A stretch of 64,000 nt of DNA from Alphaproteobacteria bacterium (lineage in GTDB: Bacteria; Pseudomonadota; Alphaproteobacteria; Bin95), in assembly GCA_965205265.1 (NCBI GenBank), contig CBDBGH010000003.1, forward strand, positions 3,424,001-3,488,000. Reading direction: 5' to 3'. Under the pieces are notes generated by a model. That model did no database searches. It was not told where the DNA came from and saw only the letters and a list, made by a program, of their open reading frames with translations. Each line of letters opens with the position of its first letter. The first letter of the stretch is position 1. The position numbers and the translations under genes were made by a program. This document shows, piece by piece, positions 8,841 to 22,757 of this stretch.

Positions 8841-8876
8841 AAAAAAGAAGGGTGGCGCAGGAAACGCGCCACCCTT
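8841..8876 (-). terminator. Intrinsic terminator after lipoprotein gene
   Basis: AAGGGTGGCGC/GCGCCACCCTT stem plus T-run on the minus strand; a second hairpin lies at ~8895-8927. Confidence 0.8.
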
Positions 8877-8933
8877 GTCACGACCGGGGACCGGGCCGGG
8901 CTCCCGCATCAACGGGAGCCCGGCCCCGTTCGG

Positions 8934-11306
8934 CTACTCCTCCAGCTGAATCTTCGCGCCGAACGCGCCTACCATCCGGTGGGTGTCGCCGTGCTCGGCG
9001 TAGAACTTGCCGAGCACCGAACTCGGCCTGTCGCTGCCGTCGCCGCCATCCGCAATGGTGCCGACCGCCTCGTCATACAGCGAGGCAACCCAGCTGCCGG
9101 CCGGCGTCTCCTTGGTACCGTTGATCGACCAGACCGTCTTGGCCGTCTTGTCGGTGTGGCCTTTCTGCGCCCCAATCTCACGACTGGCCCCGGTGGTCCA
9201 GGCGCCCTTCTGCAACGTCACGCTCCAGTTCGGCTCCGACCCGTTGTCCAGGCGGAACCCGTCGATCGTGCCGGTCATGCCCGCCTCGGGCACCAGGTTG
9301 GTGGCCCCGAACTTGGCCAGGAGCTTGGCCGTCGCCGTGAAGTCGCCGCCGTCGCCCTTCTCGTTGAGCGGGTCGTGGATGGCGTACACGCCGACCGCGG
9401 GGCCCTCGTAGCGCGCCACGCCGTTCAGGCTGCCGCCGTCCGTGGTGAGCTCGATGTCCCCGCCAGTGCTTCGGTAGAAGGCGCTGACCGCCGCGGGCAT
9501 GCCGTTGACGTCGTTCCGCACCCACCAGCCGAAGTACATGTAGCTGAGGTCCCTTTCCAGCACCTTCGCGCCCGCGTCGTGGACGAAGTACCAGCCGTCG
9601 GACAGGAAGTAGTAGCCGCCGACCCCGGTCCCGATTATGCAGGTGCCGGAGACGGGGCAGAAGTAGGTGCCCGGCGCGCCGTAGTAGGTGCCGGGGATCT
9701 TGATCTCCGCGCCCCCGTCGGTCGGCTTCGGAGCGGTCACGCTCCCTATCCTGACGGTCCACTTGTCGAACGTTTCGGATGCGATCGCCCGGTCGGCCCC
9801 GGTGCCCAGGGACAGCTTGCGAGACTCCGCGGTGTAGGTCCCCTTGTTGATCCAGTCGGTGTCGTCCTTGAAGAACTTCGCGGCATCCATCGGGACGACA
9901 CCCCATCTCTCCAGCGGGCCGCCCTGCCGGTCGTTGTACACCCGGACCTTGTCGGTGACCTTCATGCTGCCGGAGCCGGTGGTCCTCTCGTAGTGCGTGA
10001 CGTTCCACCGGCCGACCTTGTCCATGGCCGTGTCGTGCCCGGGGCGCCCCTCCGCGCCGTGCCTGAAGTACACGGCGGTGTGGGTGTTCGCAGTCGCGAT
10101 GCTCCCCGCGCCGGCCGCGGGGTCGATGCGGAAGTCCCCCCGCTCGCCCCTCTGACCGGTCGCCTCCGCCGGGGCGTCGTGCTGGCTATCGGTGATACTG
10201 GTGATGTAGTACGGGACGGTCGCGAGGTTGTTCAGCGCGTTCACGGGGGCCGTTGTGTCGTCGGACGGACCCATCGCCGCGTACAGCGCCCTGCCCATCT
10301 TGTGCCCATCCATGCGTGCCTTCTTGGCGTTGCCGAAGGCGTCCTCCTGCAGGGCGAGCCTCATGCGCAGCAACTCCTTGTTGAGCTCGGGGATGTTCGC
10401 GTCCATGATCGCCGTCTTGGCCGCCGCGATGGCGGCTTCGACGTCGGTCACGGTGCTGTTGTCGGACAGGGGCGTGATCATCCCGATCGGTTCCGTGATC
10501 GCATCGATCTGCTGTATGATGCGGTAGAACAGATTCAGCTCGCTGCCTAGGCATCTCGTTGAGGTGCGGGCGATGGAGCACCACACCAGCGGCTCTTTCA
10601 CAACGAGCAACTCCAGATACGGGGCCTTTTCGTCGTCGGTCAGATCCTCGGCGCCCGAGATCGCGGCCTCCAAAGCGGTGATGGCGGCGTCGAGCTGCGT
10701 TTCCGTAGGAAACGCGTCCTGCTCAGCCCCTGCAGCAAGCATTGCGAGCTCCCCGGAAGCAGCCGAAAGCGCGTTCATCTGCTCTTTCCGGCGCACGTCT
10801 TTCTCGGCGCTGGCCAGCTGCGTCCGATACGTCGCCTTGTCGGCATCGCTCACGTCGGCCGCACCGTCCAGCGCCTCCTTGAGAGCCGCGATGGCCGCCT
10901 TGGCCGCGGCGAGCTTGTCCGCGTCCGACAGGTCGGACGTGTCGACCTCGGCGAGCGCGTCCATCAGCGCCTTCTTCTGCGCCTCGGTGCGAGCCATCGT
11001 CTTCTGCGCCTCGGTGCGAGCCATCGTCGCCAGCGCCGTCTTGCGCGCGGCAGCCGCCGCCTGAAGCTTCGCGAGTTCCGCGCCGGAAACGCCGGCCGTT
11101 GCATCGGCAACGGCCTTGTCGACCGCAGCGTCCGTCGTGGCCGCCTTGATGGCCGCTTCCGCCTTCTGGTAGGGCGTCTGCGTCGGCATCTGCGTCGTCG
11201 GCGTCTTCGGCGTCGTCGACGGCGAGCTTCCGCCCCCGCCGCAGCCCGCAAGCGCCAGGGTCGCGGCGGCCATCGCCACGAGCGCCAAGCGTTTCACAGT
11301 TCTCAT
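8934..11306 (-). CDS. Surface lipoprotein with C-terminal TbpB-like beta-barrel (probable Slam substrate)
   Basis: Signal peptide with lipobox LAGC followed by GGGGSS and a Pro/Thr linker; Ala-rich helical stalk; C-terminal ARYEGPAVG..GDFTATAKL..MTGTIDGF..GSW..MVGAFGA pattern. Confidence 0.8.
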   Translation of the reverse strand: MRTVKRLALVAMAAATLALAGCGGGGSSPSTTPKTPTTQMPTQTPYQKAEAAIKAATTDAAVDKAVADATAGVSGAELAKLQAAAAARKTALATMARTEAQKTMARTEAQKKALMDALAEVDTSDLSDADKLAAAKAAIAALKEALDGAADVSDADKATYRTQLASAEKDVRRKEQMNALSAASGELAMLAAGAEQDAFPTETQLDAAITALEAAISGAEDLTDDEKAPYLELLVVKEPLVWCSIARTSTRCLGSELNLFYRIIQQIDAITEPIGMITPLSDNSTVTDVEAAIAAAKTAIMDANIPELNKELLRMRLALQEDAFGNAKKARMDGHKMGRALYAAMGPSDDTTAPVNALNNLATVPYYITSITDSQHDAPAEATGQRGERGDFRIDPAAGAGSIATANTHTAVYFRHGAEGRPGHDTAMDKVGRWNVTHYERTTGSGSMKVTDKVRVYNDRQGGPLERWGVVPMDAAKFFKDDTDWINKGTYTAESRKLSLGTGADRAIASETFDKWTVRIGSVTAPKPTDGGAEIKIPGTYYGAPGTYFCPVSGTCIIGTGVGGYYFLSDGWYFVHDAGAKVLERDLSYMYFGWWVRNDVNGMPAAVSAFYRSTGGDIELTTDGGSLNGVARYEGPAVGVYAIHDPLNEKGDGGDFTATAKLLAKFGATNLVPEAGMTGTIDGFRLDNGSEPNWSVTLQKGAWTTGASREIGAQKGHTDKTAKTVWSINGTKETPAGSWVASLYDEAVGTIADGGDGSDRPSSVLGKFYAEHGDTHRMVGAFGAKIQLEE
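10974..11027. repeat. 27-bp perfect tandem duplication within the lipoprotein gene
   Basis: CTTCTGCGCCTCGGTGCGAGCCATCGT x2, encoding TMARTEAQK twice. Confidence 0.95.
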
Positions 11307-11334
11307 GAACCCTTCTCCTTTCCGTCCTGCGCCG

Positions 11335-11568
11335 TGCGGCGCGCCAATCAAGCTGAGACGTCTGCGTCAATCAGGATGAGACGGGGGCCGCCGGCTCGAA
11401 AGATTTTTCCCTGGGCCTTCTGGCGGTGTCGGTCGGCCAGCGTCAGGCTCTCACCGGCAGCGCCCGACCCGACGTGACCGTGAGGCTGATGGCTTCGCCC
11501 TCGGCTACCGCCGCCGGGTCGGCCGGCGATTGCTAATGTCGGCGTGATGTCCGTGACTGACGCCGCCA
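11335..11568 (+). mobile_element. IS21-derived non-autonomous remnant (MITE-like)
   Basis: 11335-~11427 matches the left end of the IS21 at 20222 (TGCGGCGCG.CAATCAAGCTGAGACG..., internally shortened); right end GACTGACGCCGCCA is tentative; no transposase. Confidence 0.6.
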
Positions 11569-11995
11569 GAGCCACCAGCGATCCGCAGGGGGCCTGCGCC
11601 CGCGCGGTTTGTGGCGCGAGGACGGCAGCGAGTGTCAGCAGTGAGAACAGAACGGCGAGAAGAGCCGCGCTCAGGCGGCGGGCAGGTCTCCGGAGGGTGC
11701 CCACCGGATCAGCCCCGCGCCGGATCGGATGCTGAATCCTCGGGGGGGGTTACGAAGGTCGCGCGCGCGTGAGGCAGTCACGTCCTCACCCCGCCCGGAC
11801 AGCAGCCGCAGGAGGCCGCGCATCGCAACGACGCTTGCAATGTTCGTCATGACTTCAACCTCCCTTGCCGAACTGGATTGCGACCGCAGGACAGCGGCAG
11901 CAAGCCTTTCGACCCTGTTCTTTAGGAAAAACAGCGGCCCGTTGCAACCCGATCTGCGGTCACATCAGGGCGAATGCGTTCTTCAGGCATTTGAT

Positions 11996-13690
11996 CCTAA
12001 ATCCGGCGGTTGGAGGGCGTGATCGCCCTCTCGGCGCGGTTGGAATGGTCGATTTCGGGTTCGATTTCAGCACGCTGGCGCGGCCCGAGGGGGCGGCAGC
12101 CAGGGCTGACGGCCCGGCTCGCGGCCGTGGAGGTATTTTTTGAGCGCTTCGGCGAGGATCCGGCGCCAGCGATCCTCGGCGCTCAACTGCTCCGCACTTT
12201 GCCTCACGGTCCGGAAGAAGCCGGCGATCCGCCGCAGGGCAGCAGCCACCGCCTCGCGCCGCCCGTGGTGGGAGGTCACCGTCAGCCGGGGCTGGCCGGC
12301 GTGCCAGGTCTGGCGGGCGACGCCGTGCAGCAGCAGCGGCCGGCTGGTGATCGCCTCGCGGTGGCGCTCGGGACCGGCGAGGCGGACGAAGAGGCTCCAC
12401 CAGTCGTAGATGAGCGCGATCAGCCGGGCCATGTGGCGGCAGCGCGTCAGGTCGTGCGTGGTGAAGCCTCCCCAGCCCCACTGGTTCTTCAACTCGTCGA
12501 AGCCGTTCTCCGCGTCGGCCCGGTCGCGGTAGAGCTGGGCCACAGAGCGCACCTCCAGATCGAGCGAGGTGGCCAGCACCGCGAACTCCCATACCCCGGT
12601 GCCGGGCTGCGCCTCGGTCCAGAACAGCTCGCCCTGGGCGGTGTCGCCGCGCGTCAGCGCCAGTGTCGCCGGAAGCCGGCGGCGCAGAACCACGGCCCGG
12701 CGCAACCGGCTCCAGCCCTGCAAGCGCAGATCGGCCCCGATCCCCTGCCAGCCCTGGCCCGCATCCTCCCAGCCGTCCCGCGCCATCTGCCGCTCGGCAA
12801 GCCGGCGCGCGCCCCTGGTCAGGCGCAGCTTGAACAGATAGTCCAGACCCGCCGCCTCGCACGACGCCATGTTGCCCTCGCTGCCCCAGTCCTTGTCCCC
12901 CCGCACCAGGCGCGGCCAGCGGTCCCGGCCGAGACGGTCCAGCAAAGCCCACAAGGACGGCGCCGCCCGGTTCGAGCGGTGATGATTGCCCGGCGCAACC
13001 TCGACATCCAGAACCAGCCGCGTGCCCGCCATCAGGAACGCATGGCAGGCGTGCGAGGGACGGCCCGGCTTCTTCGGGTTGTAGCTCACCACCGCCCCCT
13101 CCTGGCGGCCGTAGAGCGGCTTGATCGTCGTGTCGCAGTCCAGAACCCAAGGCTCGCTCAGCAGCGGGCGGACCGTGGCGTCGAGATGGCCCTGAAGCCA
13201 CGTTGTGCCCTCATCCGCCCCGATCCGCTCCAGACCGCGCCGCACCGAATCCTCGCTCGCGACCTTGCCCATACCCAACAGCGCCGGGTTCACCCCGTCC
13301 CCGCGCAGCGCCGTGATGTGCGCATAGCGAGACTGGCCCGCGAGGATCGACAGCAGCACCGTCCCCAGAACGTCCCGCTTCGACGGCGCGTTCGGGCTCG
13401 TGTAGACGAGCGGGCAGTCCGCCACCAGCGCCTCGAAGCGACCGCTCACCTTCAGATATTCCGCGAAGAACGCCAGATGGCCAAGCGGCGTCACCGCCGC
13501 ATCCGGGTCCCATTCGACGTGAACCGTGCCGCCGAAGGTGTCCACCTTCACAGCCTCGCAGGCGAGGTCCCGCACAGCGCCAGAACCCTCACCCGCAGGG
13601 TGACCCTCTCGGCCCCATCCAAATCCGCTCATACCCGCAGTCTACAAGGGCCACGGCGAATCCAGACCCCGATCAACTGCCGGATTTAGG
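11996..13690 (-). mobile_element. IS1380-like insertion sequence
   Basis: IRs CCTAAATCCGGC(G/A)GTTG at both ends; 5-bp TSD TTGAT (11991-11995, 13691-13695). Confidence 0.9.
12067..13632 (-). CDS. DDE transposase, IS1380-like
   Basis: VLDCDTT..LYGRQEGA..YNP, LVRGDKDWG, YRDRADAENGFDELK motifs; fills the IR-bounded element. Confidence 0.85.
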   Translation of the reverse strand: MSGFGWGREGHPAGEGSGAVRDLACEAVKVDTFGGTVHVEWDPDAAVTPLGHLAFFAEYLKVSGRFEALVADCPLVYTSPNAPSKRDVLGTVLLSILAGQSRYAHITALRGDGVNPALLGMGKVASEDSVRRGLERIGADEGTTWLQGHLDATVRPLLSEPWVLDCDTTIKPLYGRQEGAVVSYNPKKPGRPSHACHAFLMAGTRLVLDVEVAPGNHHRSNRAAPSLWALLDRLGRDRWPRLVRGDKDWGSEGNMASCEAAGLDYLFKLRLTRGARRLAERQMARDGWEDAGQGWQGIGADLRLQGWSRLRRAVVLRRRLPATLALTRGDTAQGELFWTEAQPGTGVWEFAVLATSLDLEVRSVAQLYRDRADAENGFDELKNQWGWGGFTTHDLTRCRHMARLIALIYDWWSLFVRLAGPERHREAITSRPLLLHGVARQTWHAGQPRLTVTSHHGRREAVAAALRRIAGFFRTVRQSAEQLSAEDRWRRILAEALKKYLHGREPGRQPWLPPPRAAPAC

Positions 13691-13783
13691 TTGATCTGTC
13701 TGACAACAGGTTGACGGCGATACTGAACTTCCCCGCCACGATTTGGTATGCCTGCCGCGAGGCAGCCGTGGGACGGGGAAGCT

Positions 13784-15480
13784 GTGGCGGTTCTATCGGA
13801 GGTGGCGGTCGACATCGTGGCGGCGGAGGACGAGGCCCGCTTCCGCGATCTGATGGATGCGCACCACTATCTCGGCGCGGTACCGGGGATGGGCGAGACG
13901 ATGCGCTATGTGGCGCATGATCGGGGGCGCTGGCTGGCGCTTGTTGTGTTCTCGGCGCCGGCGCTGAAGTGCGGCGCGCGCGACCGCTGGATCGGTTGGG
14001 AATACGGCGTCCAGTTCGGTCGCCTGCACCTGGTGACCAACAACGCGCGCTTCCTGATCCTGCCCGGCGGCCCGCCCAATCTGGGCTCGCGGGTACTGCC
14101 GCTGTGCACGCGCCGTCTGGTCCGCGACTGGCCGACCCGCTTCTGTCACGAGGTGCTCCTGGCGGAGACCTTTGTCGACCCGGCGCGGTTCCGGGGCACG
14201 GTCTACCGCGCGGCCAACTGGATCGAGGCCGGGCGCACACGCGGTTTCGCCCGCGGCGGGGCCGGCTACAGCGCGCACGCCAGGCCCAAGCTCGTGTTCC
14301 TGCACCCTCTGCGCCGGGACGCGCGGGCCCGGCTGCGCGCCGCCTCACTCGACCCCTGCTTGCGACATGGAGTGCCGAAGATGACGCTCACCGCCGCACA
14401 GATGCGATCCCTGCCCGAGGTCTTCCAGAACATCGACGATCCCCGTCGCCGCCAGGGCCGGCGCCACGCGCTGCCCACGGTGCTGGCGCTGGCCGTCGCG
14501 GCGACGCTGTGCGGCATGCGCGGCTACAAGGCGATGAGCGAATGGGTCGACGATCTCAGCCCCAGGGTGCTGCAGCGCTTCCGCGTGCGCCGCCGTGACG
14601 GGGTGTACCGCCCGCCCAGCCTGTCGGCGATGCGCAGCCTGCTGATCCGCGTCGATCCGGCCCAGCTCGACGCCGCGCTGAGGGCCTGGCACGAGACCCA
14701 CGGCTCGGGTGACAGCGCGCTGGCGATCGACGGCAAGACCATCCGCGGCGCCATCGACGACGAGGGATGCCAGGCTCATGTGCTCGGCATCGTGGGCCAC
14801 GACACCAAGGCGCCCTGGGGTCAAAAAAAGTCGGCATGAGGCCGGATGCCGGCCAAGGCGAGAAACGCACCAACGAGATCGGCACCGCCATCCCCTTGCT
14901 CGAGACCCTGCCCAACATCGCCGGCCGCACCGTCACCGCCGATGCCCTGCTCACCCAGCGCGCGCTGGCTTCCTGTCTCATCGCCCGCGGCGCCGATTAC
15001 CTGTTCACCGTGAAGGGCAACCAGAAGACCCTGCTGAGCGATATCCGGCTTCTGCTCGACGAAGACATCGCCAGCCGCGCGCCGGACTTTGAGGACCAGA
15101 GCCCGAAGCCCTAGCACGGCCGCCGAGAGAAGCGCTCCATCTGGGTCTCGGGAGAGCTCAACGATTATCTCGACTTCCCCGGCGTCGGTCAGATCTTCGC
15201 CGTGCGCCGCGAAACCGTCGAGGTCAAGTCCGGCAGGCGACGCAGCGAGATTGCCTACGGCGTCACCAGCCTGACCTCCGGGGCCGCATCGCCGCAACGC
15301 CTGCTCGCCCTCAATCGCGGGCACTGGACCATCGAGGCCACCCACCACATCCTCGATTGGAGCTTCGACGAAGATCGAAGCCGCATCCGCGCGGGCCACG
15401 GGCCGGAGAACATGACCCTGCTGCGCCGCTTCGCCATCGGCCTCATCAAGGGGCGCAGGCTCGCCGTCGCCGAGGTGAGT
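13784..15480 (+). pseudogene. DUF4338-ISAs1 transposase fusion, with -1 frameshift site and premature stop
   Basis: DUF4338 motifs (HHYLG, RDRWIGW, NNARFLILP, AETFVD..RFRGTVYRAANW), then DPRRRQGRRH, LAIDGKT, TNEI, TADALLTQ, FTVKGNQ, RGHWTIE..H.ILDWSFDED; TAG at 15112-15114 before HGR; start and end approximate. Confidence 0.8.
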
Positions 15481-15720
15481 GCTCATGCCCGGATGACGCC
15501 GCCGCCGACTCTCAGGCTCAGCAGGCTCCCTGTAGGGCAGAACGATAGCGGCCAAATCCAGCGCCCGCCAACCACGAAAACGACAACGCAAGCGCGCAGG
15601 CCATCATCAAACGCTCCGGGCCGGCAACGAAAATCAGAACGAATTGGCCGTGCCCTGCCGGGGCTTGCATGAGCCATGACGGCACGCTACCAATATGATG
15701 GCACGCTTGGAGACAGGACG

Positions 15721-15981
15721 ATGGCGACGATCAACGTCAGACAGCTCGACGACGATGTGGTGGCCCGCCTCAAGCGGCGCGCCTCGTCGAACAACCGTTC
15801 CCTGGAGGGCGAGGTGCGCCACATCCTGGAATGCGCATCCGACGATGACATGGCGGCGAAACGCGCCGCGTTCCTGGAGGCGTCGGACCGGCTGCGGGAG
15901 AAGACCCGGAGCCGCAGACAGACCCCGGCGGAAGTGCTGATCCGCGAGGACCGCGACCGCGGCCACCGCGACGACTTCTGA
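15721..15981 (+). CDS. FitA/VapB-like RHH antitoxin
   Basis: MATINVRQLDDDVVARLKRRA...RSLEGEVRHIL; stop overlaps the toxin start. Confidence 0.85.
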   Translation: MATINVRQLDDDVVARLKRRASSNNRSLEGEVRHILECASDDDMAAKRAAFLEASDRLREKTRSRRQTPAEVLIREDRDRGHRDDF

Positions 15982-16409
15982 TGCGCTTCGTCGTCGATGC
16001 GAGCGTGGCGGTCAAGCTGCTGGTCGACGAGCCGGATTCGGATGCCGCGCGGGACCTGGCGGCGAGCGGCGAGGCGTTGCACGCGCCGCGCCTGATGGCT
16101 TCGGAGGTCGCCACTGCGTTGTGGCGCAAGGCGCGGCTGGGCCAGATCGGGCGCGCCGATGCCGGCGCTGCCATGGCCTTGCTTGCCGACATGCCGGTGC
16201 GCTGGCACGGCGACGAAACCGTCAGCGCGGACGCGGTGCGGCTGGCGCTGGCTCTCGACCGTCCGGTTTACGACTGCGTGTATCTCGCGCTCGCGCACCG
16301 TATCGGCGCGACGGTGGTGACGGCGGACCGGCGATTCGCGACGGTCGTTGCGCCGACCGATCACGGCGGGGCCGTGATGACGCTGGCAGACCATGCGGAA
16401 ACGCGATGA
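15981..16409 (+). CDS. vapC: VapC PIN-domain toxin
   Basis: VVDASVAVK, E, YDCVYLALA, VTADRRF PIN motifs. Confidence 0.9.
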   Translation: MRFVVDASVAVKLLVDEPDSDAARDLAASGEALHAPRLMASEVATALWRKARLGQIGRADAGAAMALLADMPVRWHGDETVSADAVRLALALDRPVYDCVYLALAHRIGATVVTADRRFATVVAPTDHGGAVMTLADHAETR

Positions 16410-16582
16410 CCACGGAATTTTGTCGATCATCCCCCTGGCGCGGCATGCCGCGCCAGGGATGGACGGCGGCATGCAGGGGCATGATTGGATGCAGGAAACC
16501 CCATACATGGCCGGTTTGACAGGGCCGGATCTCAGGCCCAGACCGGCTCCCGGAAGCATGGTGCTGCGGGAGTTGCCGGGAG

Positions 16583-16804
16583 ATGCCGGAGAGCGGGGAG
16601 CGCGGGATTGCCGCTACGGGCGGCGCGGCGGCGAACGACAACCCCGGCCCGGGGGCCGGGGCAGGTGGCGAGGCGGAGGCGCGGGTCGATGCCGCCGTGG
16701 CGACGCTGGCCCGGCTGCTCGGGCGGCGCATCGCGCGCGAGCAATTCGACAGGCGCGCCGCGGCCAACGACAATGCACCGACCGGGGAGGCCGGCGAGAG
16801 ATAG
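16583..16804 (+). CDS. Small hypothetical protein upstream of recombinase
   Basis: GGGAG RBS; LARLLGRRIARE core flanked by two AANDN motifs; ends 13 bp before the recombinase start. Confidence 0.55.
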   Translation: MPESGERGIAATGGAAANDNPGPGAGAGGEAEARVDAAVATLARLLGRRIAREQFDRRAAANDNAPTGEAGER

Positions 16805-16817
16805 GAGACCTTTCATC

Positions 16818-18501
<1,684 letters not shown>

Positions 18502-18630
18502 TCTCGCGGAGATTTGCGCATCACGCCGCCTGACGTGCGCTGGAGTATGATAAAGCAAGGTATAGAAAGACTTTTCGGGTTCGTCAACTGCGACTCCTGA
18601 CAGCTGGCGACATCTGGAAGTTGATTCCGT

Positions 18631-18651
18631 GTGTTGACGCAAGTGTTGACG
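18631..18651. repeat. Direct repeat GTGTTGACG x2, possible integrase arm-type sites
   Basis: GTGTTGACG-CAA-GTGTTGACG between the att fragment and the integrase start. Confidence 0.5.
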
Positions 18652-18680
18652 TTTTGCCCGCGCGGTGGCACGATGCCCCC

Positions 18681-20000
18681 ATGCAACCGACTTCCGGAAA
18701 ACGCACCGCCAGGGTGCGCACGACGCTCACCAAACGCTCCGTGGAGACGCTCCAGCCTGCCGAGCGCTCGTGGATCGCCTGGGACGACCGGTTGACCGGC
18801 TTCGGCGTCCGCATCCACCCGGCGGGCACCCGGACCTTCATCGTCAACTACCGCGCCGGCGACGGCGGCCGGAAGGCGCCCAACAAGCGCGTCTCGCTCG
18901 GTCGCTTCGGCGCGGTCACCGTCGACCAGGCGCGCAGGAAGGCGCAGGAGATCCTCGGCAAGGTTGCCGGTGGCAACGATCCGGCCGGGGAACGCGCCGA
19001 GGCTCGCCGCATGCCCACGCTCGGCGAGGCCTTCGAGGACTACATGAAGGCCAATCCCGAGCGGTCGAAGCGCACCGACGAACTCTACCGCTACGAGGCA
19101 AACCGCTATCTCGGCGACTGGCTCGCCCGTCCCCTCGACCTGATCGCCCGCCGGGACGTCGAGGCCCGCTTCAACCGCATCACCGCAGACCACGGCTGGT
19201 CGCCGGCCAACCGGGCGATGTCGCTGTTGCGCTCGATCTATCGCCGGCCCTGCGTCGACCAGGAGGGACTGCGCAATCCGGTCGATCTCTGGCTTGCCGG
19301 CGGCGGCAAGTTCCACCGCAAGGCGCGGCGCAAGATCTCGGCGCCTTCGGAAGTGCTGCCGTGCTGGCGCCGGGGCATCGAGGTCGAGGTCCACAACCCG
19401 GCGATCCGCGACGCGCTCTGGTTCGGGCTCTACACCGGCATGCGCCGCGAGGAGGTGTTGACCCTGCGCTGGGAGCGGATCGACAGCGAGGCCCTCGCCT
19501 TCCGGGTCGAGGAGACCAAGACCGGCGTTCCGCTGGAGCTTCCCGTCACCCGGCAGCTCGCGGCTATTCTCGAACGGCGCCGGGCGGCGTCCGCAGACCT
19601 GCCCGACTGGGTTCGGGAGTGGGTGTTCCCGTCGCCCACAAGCGCGACCGGCCATGTGCAGGATCCGCACCATCTCTACACCCGCATCGGCAAGGCCGGC
19701 GGGGCGAAGTTCTGGTTTCACGGGCTGCGCAACTGCTTCATCACCGTCGCCGAGCGCGAGCTGATGCTGCCGCCCTCGCTGACCAAGCGACTGGTCAACC
19801 ATGCCCGGCCCAACGACGTGACCGAGGGCTATGCCGCCGACTGGACCCTTGCCCAGTTGCGCGAGCCGGCCCAACGGATCGCCGACCGGATCGAGGCCCT
19901 GATGACCTCGGCGGCGCCGACCGCAGATGCTTCCCGTGTCGCTCCGCCATCCGGGGAATGCTCCGAACCGGTCGATGCGAAGAAATCCGCCGGCCTGTGA
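18681..20000 (+). CDS. Tyrosine integrase with N-terminal arm-binding domain (DUF4102/P4-like)
   Basis: WDDRLTGFGVRI..G.RTF arm domain; TGMRREE, KTG, HGLRN, LVNH, TEGY catalytic residues. Confidence 0.92.
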   Translation: MQPTSGKRTARVRTTLTKRSVETLQPAERSWIAWDDRLTGFGVRIHPAGTRTFIVNYRAGDGGRKAPNKRVSLGRFGAVTVDQARRKAQEILGKVAGGNDPAGERAEARRMPTLGEAFEDYMKANPERSKRTDELYRYEANRYLGDWLARPLDLIARRDVEARFNRITADHGWSPANRAMSLLRSIYRRPCVDQEGLRNPVDLWLAGGGKFHRKARRKISAPSEVLPCWRRGIEVEVHNPAIRDALWFGLYTGMRREEVLTLRWERIDSEALAFRVEETKTGVPLELPVTRQLAAILERRRAASADLPDWVREWVFPSPTSATGHVQDPHHLYTRIGKAGGAKFWFHGLRNCFITVAERELMLPPSLTKRLVNHARPNDVTEGYAADWTLAQLREPAQRIADRIEALMTSAAPTADASRVAPPSGECSEPVDAKKSAGL

Positions 20001-20040
20001 TGAAGCCGGACCGGTACGCTTTCGTTTCCCCTGAAGTTCC

Positions 20041-20221
20041 GACTAGGCATTTGGCGGAGGCCGTCCGGGATGTGGCATGGAACGCGCAGGCGCGTCTGAC
20101 CAATCGCTACCGCAGCCTGATCGCGAAGAGAAGGCGCGCCACGGTCCCCGTCACCGCCGCCGCGGCCCGTGATCCGGTCGGCTTCATGTGGGCGATCGCC
20201 GTGATTGAGCCTACGGTAGCC
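20041..20221 (+). pseudogene. IS110-family transposase C-terminal remnant
   Basis: VRDVAWNAQARLTNRYRSL...AAARDPVGFMWAIA; frame would end at TGA 23021-23023 across the IS21 insertion. Confidence 0.6.
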
Positions 20222-20388
20222 TGCGGCGCGTCAATCAAGCTGAGACGTTTGCGTCAATCAGGATGAGACGGGGGAAGGCGGCGGCCTGGAACGCAGGGAG
20301 GGCGTAGCCCGACCGGAGTTCCGGGCCGCCGGCTCGAAAAATTTCCCCCGGGCCTTCTGGCGGCCAGGGCCGGCCGGGCGAACGGTGA

Positions 20389-22757
<2,369 letters not shown>

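Larger units (their letters stand above)
11966..15657 (+). mobile_element. ISAs1-family element (degenerate) with IS1380 nested in its left end
   Basis: CAGGGC...GCCCTG termini, ISAs1-type transposase inside; no TSD seen. Confidence 0.6.

Noticed and set aside
7983-10550. 855-aa plus-strand ORF
   Set aside because: Antisense shadow of the lipoprotein; its start is just the IR-encoded ATG; no motifs
12010-13689. 559-aa plus-strand ORF
   Set aside because: Antisense to the IS1380-like transposase
13784-14345. Druantia defence system (DUF4338/DruA)
   Set aside because: The domain is fused to an ISAs1 transposase and no other Dru genes are present
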